Source: Corynebacterium sp.
GTDB taxonomy: Bacteria > Actinomycetota > Actinomycetes > Mycobacteriales > Mycobacteriaceae
Assembly (NCBI RefSeq): GCF_030532965.1
Contig: NZ_JAUNKC010000007.1
Coordinates: forward strand, 50,046-114,045
DNA: 64,000 bases
Direction of reading: 5' to 3'
Part shown: in pieces, positions 19,540-29,419 of the stretch
Position numbering within the stretch: position 1 is the first letter of the stretch
How the letters are laid out: every line of letters begins with the position of its first letter
Position numbers and translations under genes: made by a program
Notes under the pieces: generated by a model
The model's input: the letters and a program-made list of their open reading frames with translations, nothing else
Told to the model about the DNA's origin: nothing
The model's database searches: none

Positions 19540-19620
19540 CGGCGCTCTACTGCTAAAACAGTCGGAGTTCTACCGATAAACTGCTCGGCATTCTATTGCT
19601 AAATCGGTCGGCGCTTTACG
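19540..19620. repeat. Imperfect direct repeats CGGCGCTCTACTGCTAAAACAGTCGG and CGGCATTCTATTGCTAAATCGGTCGG, plus a third partial copy CGGCGCTTTAC, upstream of the DoxX-like gene.
   Basis: Seen directly at 19540-19565, 19586-19611 and 19609-19620. ~20/26 identity. Confidence 0.3.
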
Positions 19621-19705
19621 ACGATTACCTGGTGGCAGATTGCTGATTCACCGCCATTGTCTGTAACCCATGAAAGCTCCCTTTTCATCGCTGTAGGATG
19701 GGCTG

Positions 19706-20146
19706 ATGCATATGTATAGGTCGATTGTAAGAACCCTTTTCACGGTAATTTTCATTTCCGGAGGTTTCTCTCACCTTGTGCTCGGCCGAACGCATCCAGA
19801 AAGCTACGCGGTGTTCGGCGACACGGCGCTCATACCGTCGCTTTCTAACCTGTGGTCAGATTTTGTGATGCCGAATATCGGATGGCTCACCATCGTGCTT
19901 GGCTGCTACGAAGTAGTTGCTGGTGTCCTCCTTTTGATGAGCCGCTCAAAAGCACGTCTCGGGGCCTGCATGATGCTTGCTTTCTTAATCTTCATCACCA
20001 TCGTCGGTTATGGATTCCCCACCACGACCATCGTCGAGGATTTGCTAAAGAACAGAATCATCACGATAGTGATGGCACTCCTACTTATCCCCGTAGTCCT
20101 AGAATCAAGCCCGAAAAGCTGGCGCGCAATGTGGCGCCATACGTAA
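19706..20146 (+). CDS. DoxX-like small integral membrane protein (4 TM).
   Basis: SD AGGA 7 nt upstream. Four hydrophobic helices. DoxX-family topology. Confidence 0.5.
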   Translation: MHMYRSIVRTLFTVIFISGGFSHLVLGRTHPESYAVFGDTALIPSLSNLWSDFVMPNIGWLTIVLGCYEVVAGVLLLMSRSKARLGACMMLAFLIFITIVGYGFPTTTIVEDLLKNRIITIVMALLLIPVVLESSPKSWRAMWRHT

Positions 20147-20304
20147 TGCACGACAACCTCAGCATTGCGGTAAAAGTGTTCCCACGCAGGCGTTTCACTG
20201 TTCGTTCAACTAGTGCCGGGTGAGCTGCGCGATGCTTGTCGACGTAGCCAGAAGCCTTTTATAAAACCCCGCAGTATCTGCACTTTATTGTCATAATCGG
20301 ACCT

Positions 20305-20862
20305 ATGATCTTTTCTTCCGAAATCGAGGCACGGCTGAAAGAACTGGGCGCAACCTACACCAGCCCCAATGACACTTTGCAGGAAGCACTCATGTCTATG
20401 ACGTTCCCAACGCCCATCATTGAGCAAGGATTCAGTGACCACGTCGAATACAGCGATGATCTTCGCAAGATCCTTGAACACCAAGGACAACTGCGTGAAC
20501 TGGTTCAAAGGGCAGACTTCACATTCTCGCCTTGGATCGCAACGCCGCTGAGCCCAGGAACCACAGACTACGAAGAGTGGCACGATGACGAGGGCTTCAT
20601 CACCGGAGTCGCATCAAAACTACCCACAACCACTAAGTCCCCAAACTTCATCATCTTAGGAAACACCCGCTACCAGGTGGGATTTTTCGTTCTTAGCGAC
20701 GATCCCCACCCCCAAAATCCCACTGTTTACGCCATGGACCACGACGCCTGGTTCTATGACATCGAATACAAACTCACATTCCTTGATTTCTTAAACAGGT
20801 TCGCCACTGACACCGAATTGCGGGAAGAAATCAACGCATATTTCGCAAGACCTTCAGATTAA
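20305..20862 (+). CDS. SUKH-like (SMI1/KNR4 superfamily) putative immunity protein.
   Basis: 185 aa. The N-terminus IEARLKELGATY and the C-terminus NPTVYAMDHDAWFYDIEYKLTFLDFLNRF resemble SUKH motifs (vY.wdhe...f.eFL). Needs profile confirmation. Confidence 0.4.
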   Translation: MIFSSEIEARLKELGATYTSPNDTLQEALMSMTFPTPIIEQGFSDHVEYSDDLRKILEHQGQLRELVQRADFTFSPWIATPLSPGTTDYEEWHDDEGFITGVASKLPTTTKSPNFIILGNTRYQVGFFVLSDDPHPQNPTVYAMDHDAWFYDIEYKLTFLDFLNRFATDTELREEINAYFARPSD

Positions 20863-21175
20863 AACGCTTCAACCGGTAACCAACCATCGTATAAGGGAGC
20901 AACGGGTTAGTTACAAGGTACAGGGTGCTGTCTAAATTCACACGGCACGAATAACAGAGATAATCACATCGTTTTTGCTCAAGCTTTCTCAATCTCGATC
21001 TACTCGGCCGACAGCCCAACCCGCTTACCCCCGTTTTGCGTCAGTGCCCCTGAAAAATCTGCCATATAGAGAAGAAATTTGTTAGACTCTGGTTAATCGT
21101 TCAGCCTGCCTTTGAATCATTTTTGATGGTTCGGAGTGTGGGCTGGATCTTTATTTGGAAGTGAAGATCCAACAT

Positions 21176-22144
21176 ATGTCAAGCTCTCAAGCCCACCAAC
21201 TTAAACCCGCAGCAACTATTACCGATCATATTGAACGATTACGGTCGCGTGGTATGATCATCAGCGACGAAATGGCACAGCAGTGGCTCAGTAACGTTAG
21301 TTACTACCGTCTCAGTGCTTATTGGTTCCCTGCGAGAATGGTCAATACGGCAGGCGAAAAGTTAGATGAGTTTAATCCAAAGACTTCATTCGAGGCTGTG
21401 GTGGAGTTATATGAAGCAGACCGTAAACTTCGTACTCTCATTCATGATGGAATCGAACGGATCGAAATTTCGCTACGCACGCAGATCACCGATTACATTT
21501 GCCTTACCAATGGAACCGACCCACTGGCATATAAAGATCCGACGCTCTTTCGGCCAAGCTTTAAACACCTGAATTGGATTTCGACCATCTACAGTCGTCT
21601 TGCTAGAGCTCATGCGAGAAACGAAGCGATTAAACACTACCAAGATAATTATGGTGCTCAATTTCCGCTGTGGCTTGTTGCTGAAGCTTTGGATTTCTCC
21701 GATATTTCTAAGCTCTACGGAGGCCTCAAAACACATGACCAGTACCAGGTGGCAGAAAAACTCAACATTCAGATTGACCATACTCAACTATCAAAAAGCC
21801 AAGCTCGCCAAACAAAGAAGAAACATCCATTAGCGACCTGGCTCGAACAACTGACGGTGGTACGCAACACATGTGCTCACCATGGACGGCTATGGAATAA
21901 ATCGTTTTTGCCTGCCCAAACAGAAGCATTACGAACTTCGGGCCACTTCGATCAGCTTCCCGAACAACAGAGTGAAAGAATATTTGGAACTCTCGTGGTC
22001 ATGTCGCATCTTTTACGCACGATATCACCAGGAACAACGTGGCCCGAAAAAGTGGATAAATTAATTAAAGAATCTTTCATCACCAACCCAATTGTTAAGG
22101 CAGAAAGCCTCGGTATTCCTAGCGATTGGAACGGAAGCCTTTAA
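21176..22144 (+). CDS. Abi_2-family (AbiD/AbiF-like) abortive-infection protein.
   Basis: SYYRLSAYWFP motif characteristic of the Abi_2/COG4823 family. ~320 aa. The lowest-GC gene in the window. First ATG is 21176; the ORF track has a TTG start at 21155. Confidence 0.6.
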   Translation: MSSSQAHQLKPAATITDHIERLRSRGMIISDEMAQQWLSNVSYYRLSAYWFPARMVNTAGEKLDEFNPKTSFEAVVELYEADRKLRTLIHDGIERIEISLRTQITDYICLTNGTDPLAYKDPTLFRPSFKHLNWISTIYSRLARAHARNEAIKHYQDNYGAQFPLWLVAEALDFSDISKLYGGLKTHDQYQVAEKLNIQIDHTQLSKSQARQTKKKHPLATWLEQLTVVRNTCAHHGRLWNKSFLPAQTEALRTSGHFDQLPEQQSERIFGTLVVMSHLLRTISPGTTWPEKVDKLIKESFITNPIVKAESLGIPSDWNGSL

Positions 22145-22278
22145 AAGGCTCGTACACCCGACATTCGGTTCATAACAATGGTTCCGTGACAGATTGGTAA
22201 AACAGATACATTCTTAACAGTCAGTTCCAACTAAAACATTGAGTACAGCGAAACCCGTTAAAGCGTCGAAAAGCAAAA

Positions 22279-22325
22279 ACACTCGCCCGCATCCCCTTTT
22301 ATGTCGGGGGGCGGGCGAGTGTGTA
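22279..22325. terminator. Bidirectional rho-independent terminator shared by the convergent Abi gene and the S10 operon.
   Basis: ACACTCGCCCGC-loop-GCGGGCGAGTGT followed by GTAGTTTT on the + strand and TTTTTGCTTTTCG on the minus strand. Confidence 0.6.
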
Positions 22326-22354
22326 GTTTTATCCGCGCCTTTTAGGCTAAAGAA

Positions 22355-22633
22355 TTAGCGTGCCTTCTCGATGATCTCAACGAGACGGAAGTGCTTGTCC
22401 TTGCTCAATGGGCGGGTTTCCTCGATGCGAACGAGGTCGCCGATGCCAGCGATTTCGTTCTCGTCGTGAACCTTCACCTTGGAGTTGGTGCGGATGGTCT
22501 TACCGTACAAGCCGTGCTGCTTGCGGTCTTCCAATTCCACAACGATGGTCTTCTGCATCTTGTCGGAAACGACATAGCCGGTGCGTACCTTACGTGCGCC
22601 CTTTTTCTTCTTGTTCACGTTTGCCTCACTCAT
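22355..22633 (-). CDS. rpsQ: 30S ribosomal protein S17.
   Basis: Sequence identity to S17 ([19 protein letters not shown]...). Confidence 0.95.
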   Translation of the reverse strand: MSEANVNKKKKGARKVRTGYVVSDKMQKTIVVELEDRKQHGLYGKTIRTNSKVKVHDENEIAGIGDLVRIEETRPLSKDKHFRLVEIIEKAR

Positions 22634-22635
22634 AA

Positions 22636-22866
22636 TTAAGCCTCAGCTCCCGGAACAACAGACAGGCCCAGCTCGCGCTCGCGAATAACGGTGTAGATGC
22701 GGGCGATGTCGGTCTTGACCGTGCGCAGGCGACGGTTATTGGTCAGCTGGCCGGTTGCAGCCTGGAAGCGCAGGTTGAACAGCTCTTCCTTGGCTTCAGC
22801 CAGACGGGTCTTGAGCTCCTCAGCGTTAAGCTCGCGAAGCTCGTGTGCGGGGGTACCGTTAGCCAT
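22636..22866 (-). CDS. rpmC: 50S ribosomal protein L29.
   Basis: [22 protein letters not shown]... The ATG overlaps the rplP stop (TAATG). The ORF-track N-terminal extension is rejected. Confidence 0.9.
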   Translation of the reverse strand: MANGTPAHELRELNAEELKTRLAEAKEELFNLRFQAATGQLTNNRRLRTVKTDIARIYTVIRERELGLSVVPGAEA

Positions 22867-23282
22867 TAGAACTGGTCCTCCTTCTTGATAATACGAACCT
22901 TGCAAGGGAGCTTTTGGCCTGCGCGACGCAGTGCCTCAAGCGCCATTTCCTCATTCGGATAGCTCATTTCAAAGAGGATGCGACCTGGCTTGACGTTTGC
23001 GATCCACTTTTCCACAGGACCCTTACCGGAACCCATACGAACACCGAGTGGCTTCTGGGTAAGTGGCCGGTCTGGGAAAATGTTGATCCACACCTTACCA
23101 CCACGCTTGACGTGGCGGTTGATGGCGATACGTGCAGATTCGATCTGACGGTTGGTGATGTAAGCAGGTTCCAGAGCCTGGATTGCGTAGTCACCGAAGT
23201 TGATGCGGTTACCGCCCTTAGAAACGCCGTCACGGTGTGGACGGTGCTGGCGACGGTACTTCACGCGCTTTGGAATAAGCAT
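22866..23282 (-). CDS. rplP: 50S ribosomal protein L16.
   Basis: [15 protein letters not shown]... Confidence 0.95.
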   Translation of the reverse strand: MLIPKRVKYRRQHRPHRDGVSKGGNRINFGDYAIQALEPAYITNRQIESARIAINRHVKRGGKVWINIFPDRPLTQKPLGVRMGSGKGPVEKWIANVKPGRILFEMSYPNEEMALEALRRAGQKLPCKVRIIKKEDQF

Positions 23283-23285
23283 AGG

Positions 23286-24032
23286 TTATCCCTCCTGCTT
23301 CTGCTCAGCACGCTGACGACGCTGGCCACCACGACGCGGACGTGCGTTGCGGTCACCGCGGCCACGGCGCTCTGCTGGTGCGTTGATTTCGCTCTCGCGA
23401 CGGCCACCAACGACGTCACCCTTGTAGATCCACACCTTCACGCCGATGCGGCCGAAAGTGGTGTGTGCTTCGTAGGTGCCGTAGTCGATTTCGGCGCGGA
23501 GAGTGTGCAAAGGAACGCGACCCTCATGGTAGCGCTCGGTGCGGGACATCTCGGCACCGCCAAGACGACCGGAGCACATAACCTTGATGCCCTTGACCTG
23601 TGGCTGACGCATAGCGCCCTGGATTGCCTTGCGCATTGCGCGACGGAATGCCACACGGTTGGTCAGCTGCTCAGCGATGGACTGTGCCACCAGTTGAGCG
23701 TTGGCGTCAATGTTCTTGACCTCGAGGATGTTGAGGGCGACCTGCTTGCCGGTGAGCTTCTCCAGCTCGCGGCGCAGACGGTCTGCCTCAGAACCACGGC
23801 GGCCGATCACGATGCCTGGACGGGCGGTGTGGATGTCGACGCGGACGCGGTCGCGGGTGCGCTCGATCACGATGTCGGCGATACCTGCACGGTCGAGGGT
23901 TTTGGTGAGGAACTCGCGGATCTTGATGTCTTCTGCGAGGTACTCAGCGTAGTTCTTATCGGCGAACCAGTGGGACTTCCAGTCGGAAGTGATGCCCAAT
24001 CGGAGGCCGTGTGGGTGGATTTTTTGTCCCAC
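23286..24032 (-). CDS. rpsC: 30S ribosomal protein S3.
   Basis: [20 protein letters not shown]... Basic Arg/Gly-rich C-terminal tail typical of actinobacterial S3. Confidence 0.95.
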   Translation of the reverse strand: MGQKIHPHGLRLGITSDWKSHWFADKNYAEYLAEDIKIREFLTKTLDRAGIADIVIERTRDRVRVDIHTARPGIVIGRRGSEADRLRRELEKLTGKQVALNILEVKNIDANAQLVAQSIAEQLTNRVAFRRAMRKAIQGAMRQPQVKGIKVMCSGRLGGAEMSRTERYHEGRVPLHTLRAEIDYGTYEAHTTFGRIGVKVWIYKGDVVGGRRESEINAPAERRGRGDRNARPRRGGQRRQRAEQKQEG

Positions 24033-24034
24033 TG

Positions 24035-24391
24035 TTATGCACCTGCCTTCTGGCTCTCGACAACCACGGTGATGTGGCTGGTGCGCTTACGGATCTGGAA
24101 TGCGCGACCCTGAGCGCGTGGACGGAAACGACGCATGGTTGGGCCTTCGTCGGCGTAAGCCTCGGAGATAACCAGGGTGCGACGGTCAAGGCCGAAGTTG
24201 TTCTCAGCGTTTGCAGCTGCGGACTGAACGACCTTGGCTACTGGCTCGGAAGCAGCCTGTGGGGCGTACTTCAGGATTGCCAGTGCTTCCTCAACGGACT
24301 TACCGCGAACCAAGTCGATTACACGGCGTGCCTTCATAGGGGTTACGCGAACGAAGCGGGCAGTCGCGCGTGCGGATGTGATTTCGCTCAT
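24035..24391 (-). CDS. rplV: 50S ribosomal protein L22.
   Basis: Sequence identity to L22. Confidence 0.95.
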   Translation of the reverse strand: MSEITSARATARFVRVTPMKARRVIDLVRGKSVEEALAILKYAPQAASEPVAKVVQSAAANAENNFGLDRRTLVISEAYADEGPTMRRFRPRAQGRAFQIRKRTSHITVVVESQKAGA

Positions 24392-24394
24392 CGC

Positions 24395-24673
24395 TTATCG
24401 ACGTCCCTTCTTCTTTTCTTGAATGTGACCCTTGAAGGTCTTGGTTGGTGCAAACTCACCGAGCTTGTGGCCGACCATGGAGTCGTCCACGAACACTGGC
24501 ACATGCTTGCGACCGTCGTGGACGGCGAAGGTGTGACCAATGAAGTCGGGGAGAATGGTGGAACGACGGGACCAGGTCTTAATAACCTGCTTGGTGCCCT
24601 TTTCGTTCTGAGCATCGACCTTCGCGAGGAGGTGCTCATCAACGAACGGGCCCTTCTTAAGGCTGCGTGGCAT
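24395..24673 (-). CDS. rpsS: 30S ribosomal protein S19.
   Basis: [16 protein letters not shown]... Confidence 0.95.
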   Translation of the reverse strand: MPRSLKKGPFVDEHLLAKVDAQNEKGTKQVIKTWSRRSTILPDFIGHTFAVHDGRKHVPVFVDDSMVGHKLGEFAPTKTFKGHIQEKKKGRR

Positions 24674-24689
24674 CTTTCCTTACCTCCTC

Positions 24690-25532
24690 TTAGCGCTTCT
24701 TGCTCTTGTTCGTGCGGCGGCGCTGCACGATCATGTTGTTGCTGTACCGGTTCGGGTTGCGGGTGCGACCTTCCTTCTTGCCCCATGGGCTAACTGGGTG
24801 ACGACCACCCGAGGTCTTACCTTCACCACCACCATGTGGGTGATCCACTGGGTTCATGACCACACCACGCACGGTTGGGCGAACGCCCTTCCAGCGCATA
24901 CGGCCAGCTTTACCCCACCGGATGTTGATCTGATCGGCGTTGCCGACCTCACCAACGGTGGCGCGGCAGCGGATGTCCACGCGGCGGATTTCAGAGGAAG
25001 GCATACGCAGAACAGCGTACTTGCCTGCCTTACCGAGCAGCTGAATGGATGCACCTGCGGAACGGGCAAGCTTAGCGCCTGCGCCTGGCTTGAGCTCAAC
25101 GCAGTGGATGACGGTACCAGCTGGGATGTTCCGCAGCGGCAGGTTGTTACCAACCTTGATGTCGGCGGTTGCGCCGGACTCTACCATCTGACCCTGCTTG
25201 AGGCCCTTAGGTGCGATGATGTAGCGCTTTTCGCCGTCGACGTAGTGCAGCAACGCGATGTTGGCGGTACGGTTCGGGTCGTACTCGATGTGAGCAACCT
25301 TTGCCGGAATGCCATCTTTGTCGTTGCGACGGAAGTCGATCAGACGGTACTGGCGCTTGTGTCCACCACCCTTGTGGCGAACGGTGATGTGGCCGTGAAC
25401 GTTACGGCCACCCTTCTTTGGAAGTGGGCGAACCAGGGACTTCTCCGGGGTCGAGCGAGTGATCTCCTCGAACATCGATACGGAGCTCTGGCGGCGACCC
25501 GGGGTTGTCGGCTTGTACTTACGAATAGCCAT
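24690..25532 (-). CDS. rplB: 50S ribosomal protein L2.
   Basis: [14 protein letters not shown]... Confidence 0.95.
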   Translation of the reverse strand: MAIRKYKPTTPGRRQSSVSMFEEITRSTPEKSLVRPLPKKGGRNVHGHITVRHKGGGHKRQYRLIDFRRNDKDGIPAKVAHIEYDPNRTANIALLHYVDGEKRYIIAPKGLKQGQMVESGATADIKVGNNLPLRNIPAGTVIHCVELKPGAGAKLARSAGASIQLLGKAGKYAVLRMPSSEIRRVDIRCRATVGEVGNADQINIRWGKAGRMRWKGVRPTVRGVVMNPVDHPHGGGEGKTSGGRHPVSPWGKKEGRTRNPNRYSNNMIVQRRRTNKSKKR

Positions 25533-25556
25533 AGTTTTTCCTTACCTCGACCTTTC

Positions 25557-25859
25557 TTAAGCGCTAGCGCCAAAGATGTCGATTGCGTCGCTGCCCTCAC
25601 GAAGCGTCACGTAGGCGCGCTTGGTTGCCTTGCGGGTACCGAAACCGGAGCGAGTGCGCTTGCGCTTGCCCTCACGGTTAAGGGTGTTCACGGAGGCGAC
25701 CTTCACACCGAAGATCTGCTCGACGGCAATCTTGATTTCGGTCTTGTTAGCGGTCTTTGCGACGAAGAACACGTAGGTGCCTTCCTCCATCAAACCGTAA
25801 GACTTCTCAGAGACAACCGGGGCGAGAATGATGTCGCGTGGGTCTGCAATCTTAGCCAT
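25557..25859 (-). CDS. rplW: 50S ribosomal protein L23.
   Basis: Sequence identity to L23. Confidence 0.95.
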   Translation of the reverse strand: MAKIADPRDIILAPVVSEKSYGLMEEGTYVFFVAKTANKTEIKIAVEQIFGVKVASVNTLNREGKRKRTRSGFGTRKATKRAYVTLREGSDAIDIFGASA

Positions 25860-26512
25860 TAGTTCTCCTCCTTATCCGCACCGGTAGCGCGGGCGATAAA
25901 GGCGGTGAGAGCCTCGACCGAGAACACAACGTCATCGGACTTGAGAACGTCGTAGGTGTTCAGCTGATCCTGGAACAGGATGTGAACGTTAGGTAGGTTA
26001 CGAGCACTCTTCTGCGAATTGATGTCCTCACGACCAACGACGAACAGAACGTTACGACGATCGGTCAGGCGCTCGATGAACGCGCGTGCGGACTTAGTAG
26101 AAGGAGTCTGACCAGGAACCAGTTCCTCGACCACGTGGATGCGTGCGTTACGAGCACGGTCCGACAGTGCACCGTACAGAGCGGCCTTGATCATCTTCTT
26201 CGGGGTGCGCTGGCTGTAATCGCGTGGCTTAGGGCCGTGTGCGATACCACCACCAGCGAAGTGAGGAGCGCGGATCGAACCCTGGCGAGCGCGACCGGTG
26301 CCCTTCTGGCGGAATGGCTTGCGGCCACCGCCACGAACTTCACCACGAGTCTTGGTGGAGTGGGTGCCCTGACGCTTTGCAGCGAGCTGAGCGTTGACAA
26401 CCTGGTGCATCAACGGGATGGAGACTTCGCGGTCGAAGATCTCAGCTGGCAGTTCAACGGTGCCGTTGGTCTTGCCCTCAGCGGTCTGGACGTCCAATTT
26501 CAGATTGGTCAT
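25859..26512 (-). CDS. rplD: 50S ribosomal protein L4.
   Basis: Sequence identity to L4. Confidence 0.95.
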   Translation of the reverse strand: MTNLKLDVQTAEGKTNGTVELPAEIFDREVSIPLMHQVVNAQLAAKRQGTHSTKTRGEVRGGGRKPFRQKGTGRARQGSIRAPHFAGGGIAHGPKPRDYSQRTPKKMIKAALYGALSDRARNARIHVVEELVPGQTPSTKSARAFIERLTDRRNVLFVVGREDINSQKSARNLPNVHILFQDQLNTYDVLKSDDVVFSVEALTAFIARATGADKEEN

Positions 26513-27165
26513 GCGTGTGCACCGCCCTTCACTGCGGTCTTAACAGTAACGATGCCGCCACGGTTGCCCGGGATTGCACCCTTGATCAGGATGAGGTTGG
26601 CATCGGCGTCGATCTTTTGAATCTTAAGATTCTGGGTGGTGACGCGATCGGAACCCATGCGGCCAGCCATGCGCTTGCCTTTGAAGATGCGACCTGGGGT
26701 AGCGCAGGCACCGATGCCACCGACGCGGCGGTGTGCTGCCTGGTTACCGTGGGATGCACCCTGACCGGCGAAGCCGTGGCGCTTCATGCCACCAGCGAAG
26801 CCCTTACCCTTGGAGGTGCCGGTAACGTCAACGAAGGTGATGCCTTCGAAGATGTCAACGGTGACATCCTGGCCGACCTCGTAGCCGGAAACGTCATCCA
26901 TGCGGATTTCGGCTACATGGCGGCGTGGGGTAACGCCTGCTTTATTGAAGTGACCGGTGCGTGGCTTGTTTACCTTGCGAGGGTCAATGTCGCCGTAGGC
27001 GATCTGGATGGCGTTGTAGCCATCGGTTTCTACAGTGCGAATCTGGGTAACTACGCATGGACCAGCCTCGACGACGGTTACTGGGATGACCCGGTTTTCC
27101 TCGTCGAAGATCTGAGTCATGCCGAGCTTGGTGCCCAGAATGCCCTTGATCTCAGTTTCACTCAT
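26509..27165 (-). CDS. rplC: 50S ribosomal protein L3.
   Basis: Sequence identity to L3. Confidence 0.95.
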   Translation of the reverse strand: MSETEIKGILGTKLGMTQIFDEENRVIPVTVVEAGPCVVTQIRTVETDGYNAIQIAYGDIDPRKVNKPRTGHFNKAGVTPRRHVAEIRMDDVSGYEVGQDVTVDIFEGITFVDVTGTSKGKGFAGGMKRHGFAGQGASHGNQAAHRRVGGIGACATPGRIFKGKRMAGRMGSDRVTTQNLKIQKIDADANLILIKGAIPGNRGGIVTVKTAVKGGAHA

Positions 27166-27197
27166 TATTTGTTCTCCGTAGCCAAGAAACTCGTCGA

Positions 27198-27503
27198 TTA
27201 CTTAATGTCCACATCGACGCTGGCCGGAAGGTCAATACGCATAAGCGCTTCAACCGTCTTCGGCGTCGGGTCGAGGATGTCGATCAGGCGCTTATGAGTG
27301 CGCATCTCGAAGTGCTCGCGAGAATCCTTGTACTTGTGTGGGGAACGAATAACGGCGTATACGTTCTTTTCGGTTGGCAATGGCACTGGGCCCACAACGC
27401 GTGCCCCGGCACGGGTCACGGTTTCGACAATCTTACGTGCAGCCACGTCGATTGCCTGGTGGTCGTAAGCCTTCAGGCGAATGCGGATCTTTTCTCCCGC
27501 CAC
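27198..27503 (-). CDS. rpsJ: 30S ribosomal protein S10.
   Basis: GTG start at 27503 ([15 protein letters not shown]) preceded by SD AGGAAGAGGA. The ORF-track ATG 27530 extension is unlikely. Confidence 0.9.
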   Translation of the reverse strand: MAGEKIRIRLKAYDHQAIDVAARKIVETVTRAGARVVGPVPLPTEKNVYAVIRSPHKYKDSREHFEMRTHKRLIDILDPTPKTVEALMRIDLPASVDVDIK

Positions 27504-27876
27504 GCTTATCCTCTTCCTCGCTTGTCCCACATCGCAAATGGAGTGGTGGGAATCGCTTCATCTATCTCTATAACGTTGTCCGGACCAGTTTTAAGGGCCT
27601 AAAGCGCAACGCCAGTTCTTAACTTGACTTGTCTTAAAACGACTTGCCGGAAACGCTTAAGGTCAAAGCAAATAAACTTTCACCGCATTTCCTTGAAGCT
27701 TCCACCCCTGGGGTACAAGACCCAGATGTGTGCCAAGCCGGAAGGGATCTTAATGCTCGTGATAAGCGTGGGATCTCTTTCGTATACTGCCGCTGTTTAT
27801 TTGCCATGCTCTTCACTTTTCCGGCCCTCAAGGTATGAACTGGATATCGCCCAGAAACCTTGAAGGTCCTTCCATG

Positions 27877-27902
27877 GTTTTGAAAACCCAACCGCACGGG
27901 TT
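27877..27902 (-). terminator. Strong hairpin CCCAACC-GCAC-GGTTGGG followed by TTTTCAAAA on the minus strand. Candidate attenuator or terminator ~370 nt upstream of rpsJ.
   Basis: Seen directly. 7-bp GC-rich stem, tetraloop, U-tract in minus orientation. Confidence 0.35.
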
Positions 27903-28010
27903 GGGACTTCACACCAGTGAAGGTGTCATGTTTGCCCTACCAGCACTGATAGCAATCCTGTTAAGGCAACCTGATTATTAAATCATGCATACTCTCCAAA
28001 CGCAACCTCA

Positions 28011-28065
28011 GGGCGTCGAAAAGCTAAAGTTTTTAGCTCCGCACCCCGCCCGCTTTTCGACGCCC
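28011..28065. repeat. Inverted pair of the dispersed motif GGGCGTCGAAAAGC / GCTTTTCGACGCCC (14-nt arms, 27-nt spacer) in the S10/dpp divergent intergenic region.
   Basis: Arms at 28011-28024 and 28052-28065 are perfect reverse complements. Confidence 0.6.
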
Positions 28066-28436
28066 CCAGGTCGCGAAATTTTATGCACCTTAGCAAATCC
28101 CTATATTTTCGACTGAAATAACCTATTTCCACCTCCAGTACACCGTATGATTTATAGGGTTTTTCCACCGATATTTTTGCCATGAAAAGGAAAAATGCGA
28201 CCAACTAGGGGCCGTGACAGCTCACGCTCGAAGTTTTTAGATAAGTTAATCTTTTAGTAAGATTGTGACGCAGCTCGCATATATGCAAGCATCGGCCACC
28301 TCCCGCAATTGTGACTAACGAAACTGCGGGAGTAGATTTATGTCAAACGCTTGCATTTATGCCTGTGCACTGCGTTTTCGCATTTTTTACGTGCGAAACC
28401 TATCCCTTTGTCAGAACCCATCGTGGAGACACCATG

Positions 28437-29417
28437 TTCAAGTATTTGCTGAGGAAGACCCTGAGCTGGATGCTCATTGTTTTCTTGGCGACGAACCTGA
28501 CGTTTTTCCTCGCGGCATCCTTTTTGGATCCGCGATCGAATTACATCGGGCGACGTCCACCGCTAAGCCCAGAACAGGTCGCCAACCTGCTGGAACCATA
28601 CAACCTCAACCCAGACACTCCTATAGTTGAGCGGTGGTGGACATGGCTTACCAATATCCTTCTCCATTGGGATTGGGGAAGGTCTCCGATCGGCGATTCC
28701 ATCAACGAACAAATCTCTTACCGCATTTGGGTCTCCGCGCAGCTATTGCTCCTGGCAACTATTCTCGCCGTGGTCGTAGGCGTCGCGATTGGTGTTTACA
28801 CCGCCTCTCGCCAATACAAGTTCGCGGATAGGGCATGGCAAGCCGTTTCCATCGTGGCGTTGAATACACACGTTGTGGTTGCATCGATCCTGGTTGTGTG
28901 GCTGGCATTAAAGATTAACGAATGGACTGGTGTCCGGGTTTTCTATGTCACCGGCGCCGCCTCGCCAGACGTGACCGGTTTCTTCAACCGACTCATCGAT
29001 TTGGGCCAGCATTTAATCCTACCGACCGCGTCACTGTTGATCATTTCCTACGCTTCGTATCACCTCACCCAACGCACTCTCCTGCTTGATAATCTCGGCG
29101 CGGACTATGTCCGAACCGCACGCGCCAAGGGGTTAACCCGCGCCCAAGCTATTCGACGACACGCGCTGCGCACCTCGATCATTCCGGTCGCTACCTCGGT
29201 GGCGTTCTCGGTTCCCGGCATTTTCACCGGCGCGGTAATGACGGAAAAGATCTTCGCGTGGAAGGGCATGGGTCAGTATTTTGTTGAGACGATCGCTCGA
29301 AACGATGTTCACGGCGCGGTAGCTGTGGCAGCGTTCGGTGCCGCCATGACCGGTGTATCCGCAATCCTCGCCGACATTGTTGTTGTTGCCCTTGATCCAC
29401 GAGTTCGGGTGAGTTAA
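28437..29417 (+). CDS. Peptide ABC transporter permease (DppB/OppB-like).
   Basis: Start MFKYLLRKTLSWMLIVF typical of the OppB/DppB N-terminus. SD GGAGA upstream. ORF-track start 28311 rejected. Confidence 0.8.
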   Translation, partial: FKYLLRKTLSWMLIVFLATNLTFFLAASFLDPRSNYIGRRPPLSPEQVANLLEPYNLNPDTPIVERWWTWLTNILLHWDWGRSPIGDSINEQISYRIWVSAQLLLLATILAVVVGVAIGVYTASRQYKFADRAWQAVSIVALNTHVVVASILVVWLALKINEWTGVRVFYVTGAASPDVTGFFNRLIDLGQHLILPTASLLIISYASYHLTQRTLLLDNLGADYVRTARAKGLTRAQAIRRHALRTSIIPVATSVAFSVPGIFTGAVMTEKIFAWKGMGQYFVETIARNDVHGAVAVAAFGAAMTGVSAILADIVVVALDPRVRVS

Positions 29418-29419
29418 CT

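Noticed and set aside
21155-21175. TTG start extending the Abi_2 gene by 7 codons (MEVKIQH)
   Set aside because: The first ATG at 21176 gives an N-terminus typical of the family. The TTG has no better RBS. It is kept as an alternative only.
22914-25862. Large + strand ORFs (399, 260 and 354 aa) across the S10 operon
   Set aside because: They are antisense to universally conserved ribosomal protein genes, with low-complexity GC-rich translation.
27634-28204. ORFs of 92, 64, 79 and 73 aa inside the long rpsJ-dpp intergenic region
   Set aside because: None has an SD or a start context. The translations are low complexity and mutually overlapping in different frames. The region reads as non-coding leader/promoter DNA.
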